Assembly (NCBI GenBank): GCA_046541715.1
Contig: JBKHCS010000002.1
Span: 28,380 to 92,379 of the forward strand
Direction: 5' to 3'
DNA length: 64,000 bases
From: Spirochaetaceae bacterium
GTDB taxonomy: Bacteria; Spirochaetota; Spirochaetia; DSM-27196; PWMO01
Shown piece after piece: positions 18,300 through 28,180 of the stretch; the first letter of the stretch is position 1, and each line of letters begins with the position of its first letter. The notes beneath the pieces were generated by a model. That model was given only the letters and a program-made list of their open reading frames with translations, was not told the origin of the DNA and did not search any database. A program made the translations under genes and the position numbers.

Positions 18300-21020
18300 T
18301 TAAAAATCCGCTACGGTTACCTCTTCCACTCGGTACTTGTATTCCCGGTCATTGATGACAAACTCGAGCTCCTCGCCGGGACGGCTATTAACCAGTTCGG
18401 CACCGAGGGGCGAGAGGTAGGAAATTACGTGATTCGAGGGGTCCGATTCCCAGGGTCCGAGGACGACGTACTCCTCGGTCGCCTGCAAATCGTGGTTCAG
18501 GAGCTTTACCTTGGTGCCGAAAGCCACCTTCTCGGGGTCCACATCGCGTTGCTTGACGATCTGCGCCTTCTCGAGCTCTTCCTTTAGACGGGCGGCGGTG
18601 GAGTTGAGCATGTCCTGCCGCTCCTTTGCCGCCTTGTACTCGGCGTTCTCCCGGAGGTCTCCATGGGCCGCGGCCTCGGCGATCTCCCGGCTGTTCTCCG
18701 GTACTTCGACCTCGTGGAGATGCTGTAGTGCCTTCTGCTTTTCGTTGTAGCTCTTCTCGGTGACGATAAAGCCCCAGCTGACGGTTTCCTTCTCCACCTG
18801 ACCGTAGAAGTGGAAGTCGGGAAATCGGTCCAGAATCCGTTGTTTAAGGTCGATGACCAACGACGGATCGAGGTCTTTGACGTCCCCTACCAGGGTGAAC
18901 ACCCGGTTCAGAGAATCCTCGTCGGCGGATTCGACAAAGGCGTGGAGTCGGCCGTCCTTAAAGAGAAAGCTGTGGATTTGGCGGTTGATCTTCCGGTTAA
19001 AGGTCGCGTCCTTCCGGTTGTCGATCTCCCGGGCGGTAATATCCAAGAGGTGAATCATGGCGATAAGGATGCGCTCGTAATCTACGGCGCTCTCCTTGAT
19101 CCATTCATCCTCAATGCAGTTCCGGGCCATCCAGACAAACGGCTCGCGCATGTCCCGGTAATTGTTGTAGATCTCTTGAAAAAGCTCCCGGAGCTTGTTT
19201 TCCTTTCCGGCCCGCTCGAGCTCCGTGACAATATCCTTCGAAAGGTAGTAGGGGAAGAGCCGAACGAATATGTTCGGCCATTCCTTGATGTGCTTCCGGA
19301 CTTGCCGGGTGAACTCTCTGCGGAGATCGTTGTTCTCGAGACGGTCGAAGGTCTCTTCTAGGTTCGGAATCGAATCGAAGAGCTTCTCGAACTCCAGGTC
19401 TATACCGAGGTTCAGGTAAGGGTGCTTCTCGACGATACGCCGAACGAGAAGACTACTGCCGACGACGTACTCGTTCACAACGCCCTGAGACCGGAGAAAC
19501 GCCGCGAAGTAGTCGAACATCTCGCGGAAAAGATCCGAGTCCATCTCTTCTTCGTCGTTGTCTTCGATGTACCGAAGAAACTCGTACATCGTCTTTACCC
19601 GTTCGAAAAAGTTCCGCTCGGACTTGAACTGGTTAAAGGTCTTCTCGGCGAAGCTGATCGGCTGATCCCGGACGACGAAGTGGTCGAGTTTGTCGGTAAC
19701 AACTCCGAAATCCTGGTTGGTCTTGAGGATTTGCCGCGCCTTGGTGCTCCAGGTGGACCACTCGCTCGGGGTCAGCACGTAGGGGACCAGCTCGCCCTTT
19801 ATCTTCTTCATGTCCGCTGAGTTGTCGAGGCTCCGGATAACGGTCTTGAGGGCCCACACGATGTCGTTCTTGACCTTCTTTCGTAGCTGTTCCTTCTTCG
19901 CGATGCTCCGGAGCACCCAGATATGATCCTTCGCTAGAATGTCGAGGGCGGTGACGGCCATCTTCAGAGACATCTTGTGTTGCCGCTTCTTTACGAAATC
20001 GATGGTGATGGAGTCATCGTCCAGGTCCCGTATGATGCCGACGCCCCAGGCGCGGTGGAATACAAAGTTTCCGGCGTCGAAGGCGATGTGCTTCTCGAAG
20101 TCGCTAATCGCGTCGTGGACATTCCGCCAGCTCTGATTCAGGTTCGAAATTTTGATGTACTCGTCGAGGTGGCTGTGACCGGCGTACTTGGCCTGGTAGC
20201 ATTCGATAATCTCTTTGCGGCCCCAGGGGTTCTTAGAATCGTAGGAGAGTACCCGCCTGAGGATCTCTATAGCGGTGTCCCAGTCTCCTTTCTTCTTATA
20301 GTGCGGGTAGAGGTCCTCTAAGAGTTGAACCGCCCGGTCGGAGCTGACGGTTTTTGCGATCTTTCCCTCGGCGTGGTAGAAGAACTCCCGGTCCTCCGGC
20401 GCGAACTGGATGAGCTTGTGCCAGACCTCTTTTACGTTATTGAAGTTCTTCTTGTTGATGTACCGGTGGAGGGCCTTCTTGAAGTAATCGACGGCCTCTT
20501 CGGTCTTTCCCTCTTTCTCTTTCTGGTCGGCGAGATGCCGAACGATGTCCGCTTCCTCGAAGTCGACCCGTATCAGCCGTTCCCAGACTTCGTACATCTT
20601 GTCGTACTGATTCTCGCTGTTGTAACAGTCCGCGAGGGTCCGTAAAGCGTACTTGTTCTCTCCGTACTCGAGAATTCTCGTTGCGAGGTACTCGACAATA
20701 CCCCACTTGTGGTTGTCGGAGAAAATATTTATCAGGTTTACAAGGTTCCCGTCGTCGACCGCCTGTCGGCTTAGTCGGAGAATCCCCGCAAGGTAGAGTG
20801 CGATGATGCTGTTCTTCGTGTGCTGAAGGTGCTCTTCGCATACCTCCGCGACCTCTTCCTCGAGATCTTCCTCGAAGACTCCCTGGAGTACCTCGTCGAG
20901 TTCTTTGAAGTTGTTTATCGTATAGTTGTTAAGCGTCGCCCGGGTCCATTTTTCTTCATTAAGCAGCTCCCGGACCGCCGCGACTTGCTTCGCTTCACTC
21001 GTGACTTGCTGATCACTCAT
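18300..21020 (-). CDS. greA: long-form (spirochaete-type) transcription elongation factor GreA
   Basis: The C-terminal ~155 aa carry GreA motifs (GDLRENAEYKAAKERQ coiled-coil tip, then the globular domain ISYLSPLGAELV). They are preceded by a ~750-aa extension. GGAGACAA RBS. Confidence 0.85.
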   Translation of the reverse strand: MSDQQVTSEAKQVAAVRELLNEEKWTRATLNNYTINNFKELDEVLQGVFEEDLEEEVAEVCEEHLQHTKNSIIALYLAGILRLSRQAVDDGNLVNLINIFSDNHKWGIVEYLATRILEYGENKYALRTLADCYNSENQYDKMYEVWERLIRVDFEEADIVRHLADQKEKEGKTEEAVDYFKKALHRYINKKNFNNVKEVWHKLIQFAPEDREFFYHAEGKIAKTVSSDRAVQLLEDLYPHYKKKGDWDTAIEILRRVLSYDSKNPWGRKEIIECYQAKYAGHSHLDEYIKISNLNQSWRNVHDAISDFEKHIAFDAGNFVFHRAWGVGIIRDLDDDSITIDFVKKRQHKMSLKMAVTALDILAKDHIWVLRSIAKKEQLRKKVKNDIVWALKTVIRSLDNSADMKKIKGELVPYVLTPSEWSTWSTKARQILKTNQDFGVVTDKLDHFVVRDQPISFAEKTFNQFKSERNFFERVKTMYEFLRYIEDNDEEEMDSDLFREMFDYFAAFLRSQGVVNEYVVGSSLLVRRIVEKHPYLNLGIDLEFEKLFDSIPNLEETFDRLENNDLRREFTRQVRKHIKEWPNIFVRLFPYYLSKDIVTELERAGKENKLRELFQEIYNNYRDMREPFVWMARNCIEDEWIKESAVDYERILIAMIHLLDITAREIDNRKDATFNRKINRQIHSFLFKDGRLHAFVESADEDSLNRVFTLVGDVKDLDPSLVIDLKQRILDRFPDFHFYGQVEKETVSWGFIVTEKSYNEKQKALQHLHEVEVPENSREIAEAAAHGDLRENAEYKAAKERQDMLNSTAARLKEELEKAQIVKQRDVDPEKVAFGTKVKLLNHDLQATEEYVVLGPWESDPSNHVISYLSPLGAELVNSRPGEELEFVINDREYKYRVEEVTVADF

Positions 21021-21043
21021 TAATTATTGTCTCCTTAGAAGAT

Positions 21044-21994
21044 CTAGTTGACGTACTGCTGATAGATCTCTGGGCTAATGCTGCGTATGCGCAAAAGAAC
21101 GTCATCGATCTTTGCCGGATCTTCCTCACTATGGATGTAGTGGTCGATCAACCAAAAATAACGGTTTACCAGTCTCGGCGTCAGAACAGTTTGCGGATTT
21201 CGCGACTCCCCGTGCTCCCGTTCCAAAGCGTAGATCGACTGCTTGAGCTTCCCGTATTCGATTGACCGCAGTTCGCGTTTTACCGTAAACACACCAAACA
21301 CTACGCCATAGACGGGTATCCACTCGGCCACAGCAGGGCCTTGATATCCTAGCTCCTCCACTTTCTCTATCAGCTTTCGTATAAGCCCCGATTCCAAGGA
21401 CGAGAGGTCCACACGATCGGGGCCGAGAAAAAAGGCCTCGCGAAAAAAGGCCTTCGATTTCTGGACGTTGTTGACCATCGCGTAGGAGTCGGCCAGTTCC
21501 GCCAGTATCGCCGGATCGTCGCGTTTCTGTGTGCAGGCCTCCTCCATAAATGCCACGGCCTTTTCGTAGTTACCAAGCCCCTTGTGGCACCGGCCGAGAC
21601 GCCACAACAGGTCTCCGTCGTCGTTGTCCTTCAAGAGCCCCTGAAAGAGCTCTAGGGCACCACCAAATACGTGTTGTCGCAGAGCAAACAGACAGCGCTC
21701 ACAGGGCTCTCCCCGGGCCGCTCCGGCAAACTGAATGAAGGGCTTCCATTGGGAGAGAAGGTACTCTCCCCTCTCGACGCCCTTGTCTATCCGGCTCGCG
21801 GCGTGTTGACGCTCTTGCCAGAAGTTGACATATTTCAGCGACGAAACGACCTCGTCATTGTCGAAGTCGACCGCAAGCGCGTCTTCAAGTGTTTGCATAG
21901 CTTCGTCTAGACGGTGTTGACGGATAAATGCAAAAGCCCTCAACAAGAGCTCACCAACGGGGGTATCCTTGGTGTCGGCGCTTCCTTGGGACAT
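21044..21994 (-). CDS. TPR-like hypothetical protein upstream of greA
   Basis: ORF 21044..22000, with a TTG at 22000 or an ATG at 21994. It is helical-repeat-like (GNYEKAVAFMEEA) and lies 23 nt upstream of greA on the same strand. Confidence 0.6.
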   Translation of the reverse strand: MSQGSADTKDTPVGELLLRAFAFIRQHRLDEAMQTLEDALAVDFDNDEVVSSLKYVNFWQERQHAASRIDKGVERGEYLLSQWKPFIQFAGAARGEPCERCLFALRQHVFGGALELFQGLLKDNDDGDLLWRLGRCHKGLGNYEKAVAFMEEACTQKRDDPAILAELADSYAMVNNVQKSKAFFREAFFLGPDRVDLSSLESGLIRKLIEKVEELGYQGPAVAEWIPVYGVVFGVFTVKRELRSIEYGKLKQSIYALEREHGESRNPQTVLTPRLVNRYFWLIDHYIHSEEDPAKIDDVLLRIRSISPEIYQQYVN

Positions 21995-22120
21995 ACTCAA
22001 CGGTAGTTCTTCTCGTACAATTAATATACCATGAGGCGGCGGAGAGTCAACGCTACCAGTACCTTGGCGGATTCAGCTAGGGTACCAGGCGGTCGACAAT
22101 GTTACAAGAGGTAGTACGTA

Positions 22121-23068
22121 GTGACAATTAGGAAGACCCTTGTACTTGTTTCGCTTTTTCTTGTCATCCTCGGCGGGACGGTCGGCTCCCAGGAAACGGC
22201 GCGCGGCTTCCAAATCTTGGACCAGGGAATCGAGCGTTTTAGCGAAGGTGACTATCGGCAGGCCATTTTGCTCTTTCGGGAGCTTCTCTTGGATCCGGAA
22301 TACGAGCGGTACCACGGTGACGCTTACTTCTGGATCGCCAAATCGGCCCTCGGTCTAGGGCAACTCGAAGAGGCCTCCCGGAACCTCGAGTACTTTTTGG
22401 CTAACTATCCCTCTCACCCCAACTACGAGGAAGCCACCTACCAACGAGGACGCCTGGTGTTTCTTCAAGGCGATTTCGAGGCGGCGATCCAGCTGTTCTC
22501 GGCCTTCGTCGAAGAGTTTCCCGACTCCCCCTACGTTGCAAATGCCGTCTACTGGAGCGGTGAATCGCTCTTTTCTCTGGGGCAGTACGATCGGGCCCAA
22601 GAGCTCTTTGCCCGGGTCATTCAAGAGTACCCCCGAAGCCACCGTGTCGAGGCCGCTCGATACCGTCTGTCGCTCATCGACCTCACGAAGCGGGAGAATG
22701 AGCTTCTTAAGCTCCTGAGGTGGAGCCACGAGGAGTACCTCCAGGCCCTCGAAGAGTTCGAACGGCAGGAACGGTCTCTCGACGAAGCGGTAGGTGCCTA
22801 TCAAGAGAGCCTCGCAAGACAGTCCCCCGGCGACTTTCGGTCGGAGATCCTCCGTCTCGAGGCTCAGATAGCGGAATTGGAAGAGGAGATTGCCGCCAAG
22901 GAGGATGAGATCAGGCAACTGCAATTCGCCCTCGACCGAAGCGGCCGAGTCGGCAGCGAAGGCGAGGCGGAATTACTCCGGCGGAGCCGGCTTCTCGACA
23001 TAAAGGCGCAGACCCTTCGTCTCAAGGAAGAGCTGCTCCTCTCCATCGAAAACCGGGAGGGACAATAG
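22121..23068 (+). CDS. secreted TPR-repeat protein with C-terminal coiled coil
   Basis: GTG start and a signal-peptide-like N-terminus. YbgF-like TPRs (YPSHPNYEEATYQRG, FPDSPYVANAVYWSG, YPRSHRVEAARYRL), then heptad-rich E/L/R sequence. Confidence 0.7.
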   Translation: MTIRKTLVLVSLFLVILGGTVGSQETARGFQILDQGIERFSEGDYRQAILLFRELLLDPEYERYHGDAYFWIAKSALGLGQLEEASRNLEYFLANYPSHPNYEEATYQRGRLVFLQGDFEAAIQLFSAFVEEFPDSPYVANAVYWSGESLFSLGQYDRAQELFARVIQEYPRSHRVEAARYRLSLIDLTKRENELLKLLRWSHEEYLQALEEFERQERSLDEAVGAYQESLARQSPGDFRSEILRLEAQIAELEEEIAAKEDEIRQLQFALDRSGRVGSEGEAELLRRSRLLDIKAQTLRLKEELLLSIENREGQ

Positions 23069-24142
23069 GTGAACGTCAGAGCAGCGGTCCTATCTTTCGT
23101 GGCGCTCGCGTCGCTCTGGTTTCTTCCACCCTCTCTGGGGGCCCTGGAGCTTCGGGAAGGGCTGGTTCGACTCGAGTTGGACGAGGAAGCCGGATCATTC
23201 TCTCTCTATTATCTTGCCGACATCGCGGCAAACCGGTACGTCCCTCTCTTTTTCGACCAGGACCCGGAAACCTCGGGTACCGCGGTTCTCGACGGAAACC
23301 AGTTCCATCGCCTCGGCGCATCCGGAGGGTTCAGTCTCGAGACACGCAGGACACGGGAGGGAGGAAGGTTTATGTGGACTTCGGGTAGTATCGAAGTCAT
23401 CCAGGACTTCTCCTTCGTCGCCTCCCGAGGTTCCCGGTTGGCCAACGGCGTTCAAATAGTGACCACCGTGGCCAATCGCTCGGAGGAGACGAGGAATATC
23501 GGTCTCCGGATTCTTTTGGACACAACCCTCGGAGAGGCCCAACCGGCTCATTTTCTGGTGGACGGTGAGGAGGAAGTTACCCGGGAGACGAGTGTCTCTT
23601 CGGCCCGTTACTGGGTTTCTCCGTCGGCGAACACACCGGGCCTTGGGCTTCGGTACTCCCTGAGGGGCGACGGCGTAAGCCGTCCGGACCGGGTGGTTTT
23701 TGCCAATTGGAAGCGGTTAGTCGAGTCGAGTTGGGATTACGCGGTCCGGGAAAGCCGGACTTTCAGCCTTCTTCCGTATTCGATCAACGACTCGGCGGCG
23801 GCGATGTATTACGGCCCCCGGCGGGTCGCCCCGGATGAGCGCTTTACCGTTGTCTCGGTAATGGGATCCGCCGGAAGCGGAAGCTTCGCCGCTACCCAGG
23901 GCTCCCAGGGACCCCTGGAGTCTCTCTTCCGGGACACGACGGAAGAGGGCCGGATAACCTCCGGGGGGAGTCTCGAGGAGGAAGTGGTCGCGGTTAACGA
24001 TCTTCTGGCGGAGATCGACGAGATCTTGTCCCAGGAGGGGGGACCGTCCGAGGAGGACGTCGAAGTAGTCCGTCGCATCTACGAGGAACTTCGGCGGCGC
24101 GCCGAGACGACCCGTAGCGGACCCGGTGATCGATCCCAATAA
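23069..24142 (+). CDS. secreted hypothetical protein
   Basis: The GTG directly abuts the upstream TAG. Signal peptide AAVLSFVALASLWFLPPSLGA. I recognise no motif. Confidence 0.6.
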   Translation: MNVRAAVLSFVALASLWFLPPSLGALELREGLVRLELDEEAGSFSLYYLADIAANRYVPLFFDQDPETSGTAVLDGNQFHRLGASGGFSLETRRTREGGRFMWTSGSIEVIQDFSFVASRGSRLANGVQIVTTVANRSEETRNIGLRILLDTTLGEAQPAHFLVDGEEEVTRETSVSSARYWVSPSANTPGLGLRYSLRGDGVSRPDRVVFANWKRLVESSWDYAVRESRTFSLLPYSINDSAAAMYYGPRRVAPDERFTVVSVMGSAGSGSFAATQGSQGPLESLFRDTTEEGRITSGGSLEEEVVAVNDLLAEIDEILSQEGGPSEEDVEVVRRIYEELRRRAETTRSGPGDRSQ

Positions 24143-25232
24143 GGCCCTCTCCCGAGCCGAGCGGCTCTACCGGCAGGGAAAGTACACCGACGTAATCCAT
24201 CTTCTCGAGCCGCAAGTCTTTCTGTTCCGGGACGAAACCCGGTTCTATCACCTTCTCGGTATGGCGTGTCTCCAAGCTCAAGACCTTGGAGGCGCGGAAA
24301 CCTACCTCTCCCGGGCCGTCGACCTTACGCCGGAGGCGGTCGATTCGCGCCTCGCCCTGGCCGCCCTCCGAGCACGGAAGGGCGAGGTCCAGCGGGCGAT
24401 GAGAGACTGGCTGGCCGTCAAGGAAGTGGATCCGAAGAACCGAATCGCTCAGAGCGGTCTCGACCTTGTCCGGAAAAGCGAGACCGAAAGTGCCGTACAA
24501 CGGACTCTCCACGGCAAGACGTTCGGGCAGTATCTGCCGGCACCGAGGCTCCGTGCCGGACGGAGCCTTCTCCTTCTTGCGGCGGTGGCGACCGTCGTTC
24601 TCGGCTCCTGGCTTGTCGTCTACGTTGTCGACCAGGGTGTCTTCGACGGGTCGCGAGGGGAGCCGCGCCCCGGTGACGAATTGCTGATCCTCGAAGATGA
24701 TTCGGTCGACGATTTGGTCGCTTACTCCGGAAGCTTCCGTTACACCTACACCGAAGACGAAATCGAACAGCTTGTTCTCGAGCTCCGGGAGTACTTCCAC
24801 GACGAGCGGGACAACCTTGCCCGGAGACACGCCAACCGGCTTCTCTTATCGAACGCTTCGACCGAGATAAAGCGCAGGGTGTCGCTACTGAGTGACTATT
24901 TCCGGGTACCGGACCTGGTCGGTTTGGAGGACAACTTTGAGTATTCCGACGTAGCGGCGGAGCCTTGGCTCTACCAAGGCTGTTACGTAAAGTGGCGGGG
25001 GAGGGTCGCGAACCTCGAAGTCTCAGACGACGTCATCGCCTTCGATTTTCTCGTAGGGTTCGAAGAGGGACGGGTGCTCCAGGGGATGGTCCCAACGCGC
25101 TTCTTCTTCGGAGTATCGGTGGAGCCGGGTACCAATGTCGAGCTTCTCGGCGAGATAACCAACGTGGAGGCAGGGTCGTTTGCCTTGCGAGGTGAGGCTG
25201 TCCGCCTTCTCGGTACGGAAGCCGACCGGTGA
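24126..25232 (+). CDS. TPR protein with a central TM helix and a C-terminal extracytoplasmic domain
   Basis: N-terminal TPRs (YRQGKYTDVIHLLE, GGAETYLSRAVDLTPE) and TM helix SLLLLAAVATVVLGSWLVVYVV. It overlaps both neighbouring genes. Confidence 0.65.
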   Translation: MIDPNKALSRAERLYRQGKYTDVIHLLEPQVFLFRDETRFYHLLGMACLQAQDLGGAETYLSRAVDLTPEAVDSRLALAALRARKGEVQRAMRDWLAVKEVDPKNRIAQSGLDLVRKSETESAVQRTLHGKTFGQYLPAPRLRAGRSLLLLAAVATVVLGSWLVVYVVDQGVFDGSRGEPRPGDELLILEDDSVDDLVAYSGSFRYTYTEDEIEQLVLELREYFHDERDNLARRHANRLLLSNASTEIKRRVSLLSDYFRVPDLVGLEDNFEYSDVAAEPWLYQGCYVKWRGRVANLEVSDDVIAFDFLVGFEEGRVLQGMVPTRFFFGVSVEPGTNVELLGEITNVEAGSFALRGEAVRLLGTEADR

Positions 25233-25684
25233 GGGCGGTAGTTCAGCGCGTCGCCGCCGCTTCCGTGCTTCTGAAGGCGACGGGAGAAACCACGGGGGCA
25301 ATCGGCCGGGGAATTCTCGCCTATGTCGGCGTGATGAAAGGTGACGCCCCGGCAGACGTGCAGTGGATGGCCGAGAAACTCTCGGGACTCCGTATCTTCG
25401 AGGACGACGCAGGAAAGATGAATCTCTCGGTCTCGGAGACCGGAGGAGAGATTCTTCTGGTTTCGCAGTTTACCCTCGGAGGGGACGCCCGGAAAGGGCG
25501 CCGTCCGTCCTTCAATAACGCAGAGGAACCGGGGATAGCCGAAGAGGTTCTCTCTACTCTGGTGGACGCCTTGTCGCTCCAGGGACAACGGGTCGCGACC
25601 GGCCGTTTCGGTGCGGGTATGACGGTCAGGTGCGACGTCGACGGACCGGTCACTATCCTTGTCGATTCGAAGAAAGCATTCTAG
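25229..25684 (+). CDS. dtd: D-aminoacyl-tRNA deacylase
   Basis: MRAVVQRV N-terminus and SQFTL(G)GD motif. 151 aa. GTGA overlap with the upstream stop. Confidence 0.92.
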   Translation: MRAVVQRVAAASVLLKATGETTGAIGRGILAYVGVMKGDAPADVQWMAEKLSGLRIFEDDAGKMNLSVSETGGEILLVSQFTLGGDARKGRRPSFNNAEEPGIAEEVLSTLVDALSLQGQRVATGRFGAGMTVRCDVDGPVTILVDSKKAF

Positions 25685-25707
25685 GGCAGGAGCACCTACC
25701 GGGGACC

Positions 25708-26811
25708 TTACATGAACAAGCGCATCGAGCTCAGATAATCCATTGCGTTGAACTCGTCGAAGAAGGGCGAGAGGCTCCCCTCGTCGTTGAGGCGTTTCAC
25801 GATCTCGGCGCTTCTCCGGGCCGAGGAGACAACGTGGAGGAAGGGCATCTGGTCCCGGAGGCTGCTCGTGCAGGGGACGGTGTCGAGGACCACGACGCTG
25901 TTGAGGATTTTCTCCTCGTAGAGGGAGGTCAACCGCTCGATGGCGGGGTTCGAAAAGACGGGATGGATTGCGGCAATGTTGATCCGGGAGACGCCCCGAT
26001 CGGCAAGCTCCCGGACCAAGGTATAGACCGAACCCCCGGTATCTATCATGTCGTCGACAATCCATATCTCCTTACCCTCGATCGGACTATCGGTAAGGAT
26101 GTCGATGGAATCTACCGTATTGGTCTTGGTATAGTCGCGGTGCTTATGGGCGATGATGAGAGGGGTGTTGAAGGCGGCGGCGTACTTCTTGGCGAGACTT
26201 TCGCTGCCGGCGTCGACGGAGCAGAACACCCATTGCCCTTGGATGACCTGGGTCAGATTCTCCTTGGTCTTGATAAACTTGTCGGTTAGGTATTCCTCGA
26301 CCAGGCTGCCGGCGGGAACATCGTCGATTGAGCAGATGTCCGGATCGACGATGGTCTTCGACTTATCCGAATGGAGTTGGTAAGTAATAATGTGGTCCAC
26401 TCCGAGGCTGACCAAGGTCTTGTAGTGGATCCAGAAGCCGACGGAGTTCCTCCGGGTGGTCCGGTCGGACCGGGAGGCGCTGCAGAAGGGCTCGAAGAGG
26501 GTGATCCTCGCCGGCTGGGCGCGTTTGAGGGCGTCGATGGCGTGGTAGAGCTCCATCTTGTTCTCTTCCACCGTAAGGTTTAGGTCGTTGCGACCCGCGT
26601 TACCGAAGAGAAAGACATCCTTTCCTCGAACCGATGTCTTGACCTCGACTTCCATCTCGCCGTCGGCAAAACGGACCGCCGCAAGGCTGTCAACCCTGTC
26701 TCGTAGATTCCGGTGGCCCCGATAGTCCGGGAAGGTCTCCAATTGATACGCGACGCGGCCCGCGTAGTCGACCATGGACCGGGTAGCCACCACCAAAAGC
26801 TCACCACGCAC
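25708..26811 (-). CDS. prs: ribose-phosphate diphosphokinase (long form)
   Basis: PRPP-binding loop IWIVDDMIDTGGS and HSDKS-type flexible-loop region. GTG start. Confidence 0.85.
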   Translation of the reverse strand: MRGELLVVATRSMVDYAGRVAYQLETFPDYRGHRNLRDRVDSLAAVRFADGEMEVEVKTSVRGKDVFLFGNAGRNDLNLTVEENKMELYHAIDALKRAQPARITLFEPFCSASRSDRTTRRNSVGFWIHYKTLVSLGVDHIITYQLHSDKSKTIVDPDICSIDDVPAGSLVEEYLTDKFIKTKENLTQVIQGQWVFCSVDAGSESLAKKYAAAFNTPLIIAHKHRDYTKTNTVDSIDILTDSPIEGKEIWIVDDMIDTGGSVYTLVRELADRGVSRINIAAIHPVFSNPAIERLTSLYEEKILNSVVVLDTVPCTSSLRDQMPFLHVVSSARRSAEIVKRLNDEGSLSPFFDEFNAMDYLSSMRLFM

Positions 26812-26872
26812 GGCACCTATATAGCACGGGAGCGTCGGAGCGTCCAGGAGAAGGGTGAGGCGACGGCCGCTA

Positions 26873-26902
26873 TTGACCCGCTAGGATGGGAGGAAATAGT
26901 AT
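26873..26902 (+). promoter_or_regulatory. candidate sigma70-type promoter for recA
   Basis: TTGACC (26873-26878), an 18-nt spacer, then TAGTAT (26897-26902). It lies in the divergent prs/recA intergenic region. Confidence 0.35.
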
Positions 26903-26995
26903 TGCGTTGAATTCTGCGGTAGATCAGCGCCGTATTCCTCTGTGGAGGTGTTCTACATGGTGCTGACAAAGAACCGAGTCGCGCAAGGGGACGCA

Positions 26996-28177
26996 ATGGC
27001 AAAAAGCGATACGACGGCAGAGGCCGGCCGGAAGAGAGAAGAGAAGGATAAGGCCCTCGAAGCGGCGAAGCTGCAGATAGAGAAGCAGTTCGGAAAGGGC
27101 TCCCTGATGAAGCTCGGCGAAGGGGTCGACGTCCGGGGGATCCAGGTTATTCCGTCCGGGTCTATTCTTCTCGACGAGGCCCTCGGGCTCGGGGGATATC
27201 CCAAGGGCAGGGTTATCGAGATATACGGACCCGAGTCCTCCGGAAAGACAACTCTTGCCCTCCACGCCATCGCCGAGGCCCAGAAGCTCGGCGGTATCGC
27301 GGCGTTCATCGACGCAGAGCACGCTCTCGATCCGGTCTACGCCGGAAATCTTGGCGTGAACATCGACGAGCTCTGGGTTTCTCAGCCCGACACGGGCGAA
27401 CAGGCTCTCGAGATCGCGGAATCCCTCGTCCGTTCCGCCGCGGTAGACATTATCGTCGTCGACTCGGTTGCCGCCTTGACGCCCCAGGCGGAGATCGAAG
27501 GCGACATGGGGGACTCCCATATGGGGCTCCAGGCCCGTCTGATGAGCCAAGCTTTGCGTAAGCTGACGGCCACCATCTCGAAGTCCGGAACTTGTCTCAT
27601 TTTTATCAACCAGATCCGGATGAAGATAGGGGTGATGTTCGGGAATCCGGAGACCACAACCGGTGGAAAGGCGCTTAAGTTCTATTCCTCCGTTCGCCTC
27701 GAGGTCCGGAGAATCGAAACGATTACCAAAGGCGCCGACGAGGCGATCGGCAACCGGGTCCGGGTGAAGGTTGTCAAGAACAAGGTTGCACCGCCGTTCA
27801 AGAAAGTCGAGATGGAGATTATCTTCGGAAAAGGGATCTCCTACTGGGGGAGCCTCCTCGACGGCGCCCTTAAGCTCGACCTAATCAAAAAGAGCGGCAG
27901 TTGGTATTCCTACGGCGAGGAGCGGGTGGGGCAGGGGCGGGACAACGCCCGGCAGTTTCTCGAAGAGCATCAGGATATCGCCATGGAGATAGAAGCTAAG
28001 ATTCGCGCGGCTCTCTTTCCACCGCTTCCACCCCGGGGGGCTAAAGCCGCGGAAGAGACCGCCGCCCCGGCCGCCGTTGATGCTTCGGCTACGGAGACCG
28101 AGAAGGGGAAAGGCTCCGGCCTCGCGCACCGGGCCAAAGAGGCCGCCGGCACGAGCGGCGAAGAGGAACTCTTTTAA
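26996..28177 (+). CDS. recA: recombinase RecA with an extended C-terminal tail
   Basis: Start at ATG 26996 (MAKSD...[18 protein letters not shown]). Walker [11 protein letters not shown]1/L2 regions are conserved. Confidence 0.97.
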   Translation: MAKSDTTAEAGRKREEKDKALEAAKLQIEKQFGKGSLMKLGEGVDVRGIQVIPSGSILLDEALGLGGYPKGRVIEIYGPESSGKTTLALHAIAEAQKLGGIAAFIDAEHALDPVYAGNLGVNIDELWVSQPDTGEQALEIAESLVRSAAVDIIVVDSVAALTPQAEIEGDMGDSHMGLQARLMSQALRKLTATISKSGTCLIFINQIRMKIGVMFGNPETTTGGKALKFYSSVRLEVRRIETITKGADEAIGNRVRVKVVKNKVAPPFKKVEMEIIFGKGISYWGSLLDGALKLDLIKKSGSWYSYGEERVGQGRDNARQFLEEHQDIAMEIEAKIRAALFPPLPPRGAKAAEETAAPAAVDASATETEKGKGSGLAHRAKEAAGTSGEEELF

Positions 28178-28180
28178 GGC

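Noticed and set aside
24983-26065. 360-aa minus-strand ORF spanning the dtd/prs junction
   Set aside because: It crosses an intergenic region and is antisense to dtd and off-frame in prs. It is R/P-rich with no motif.
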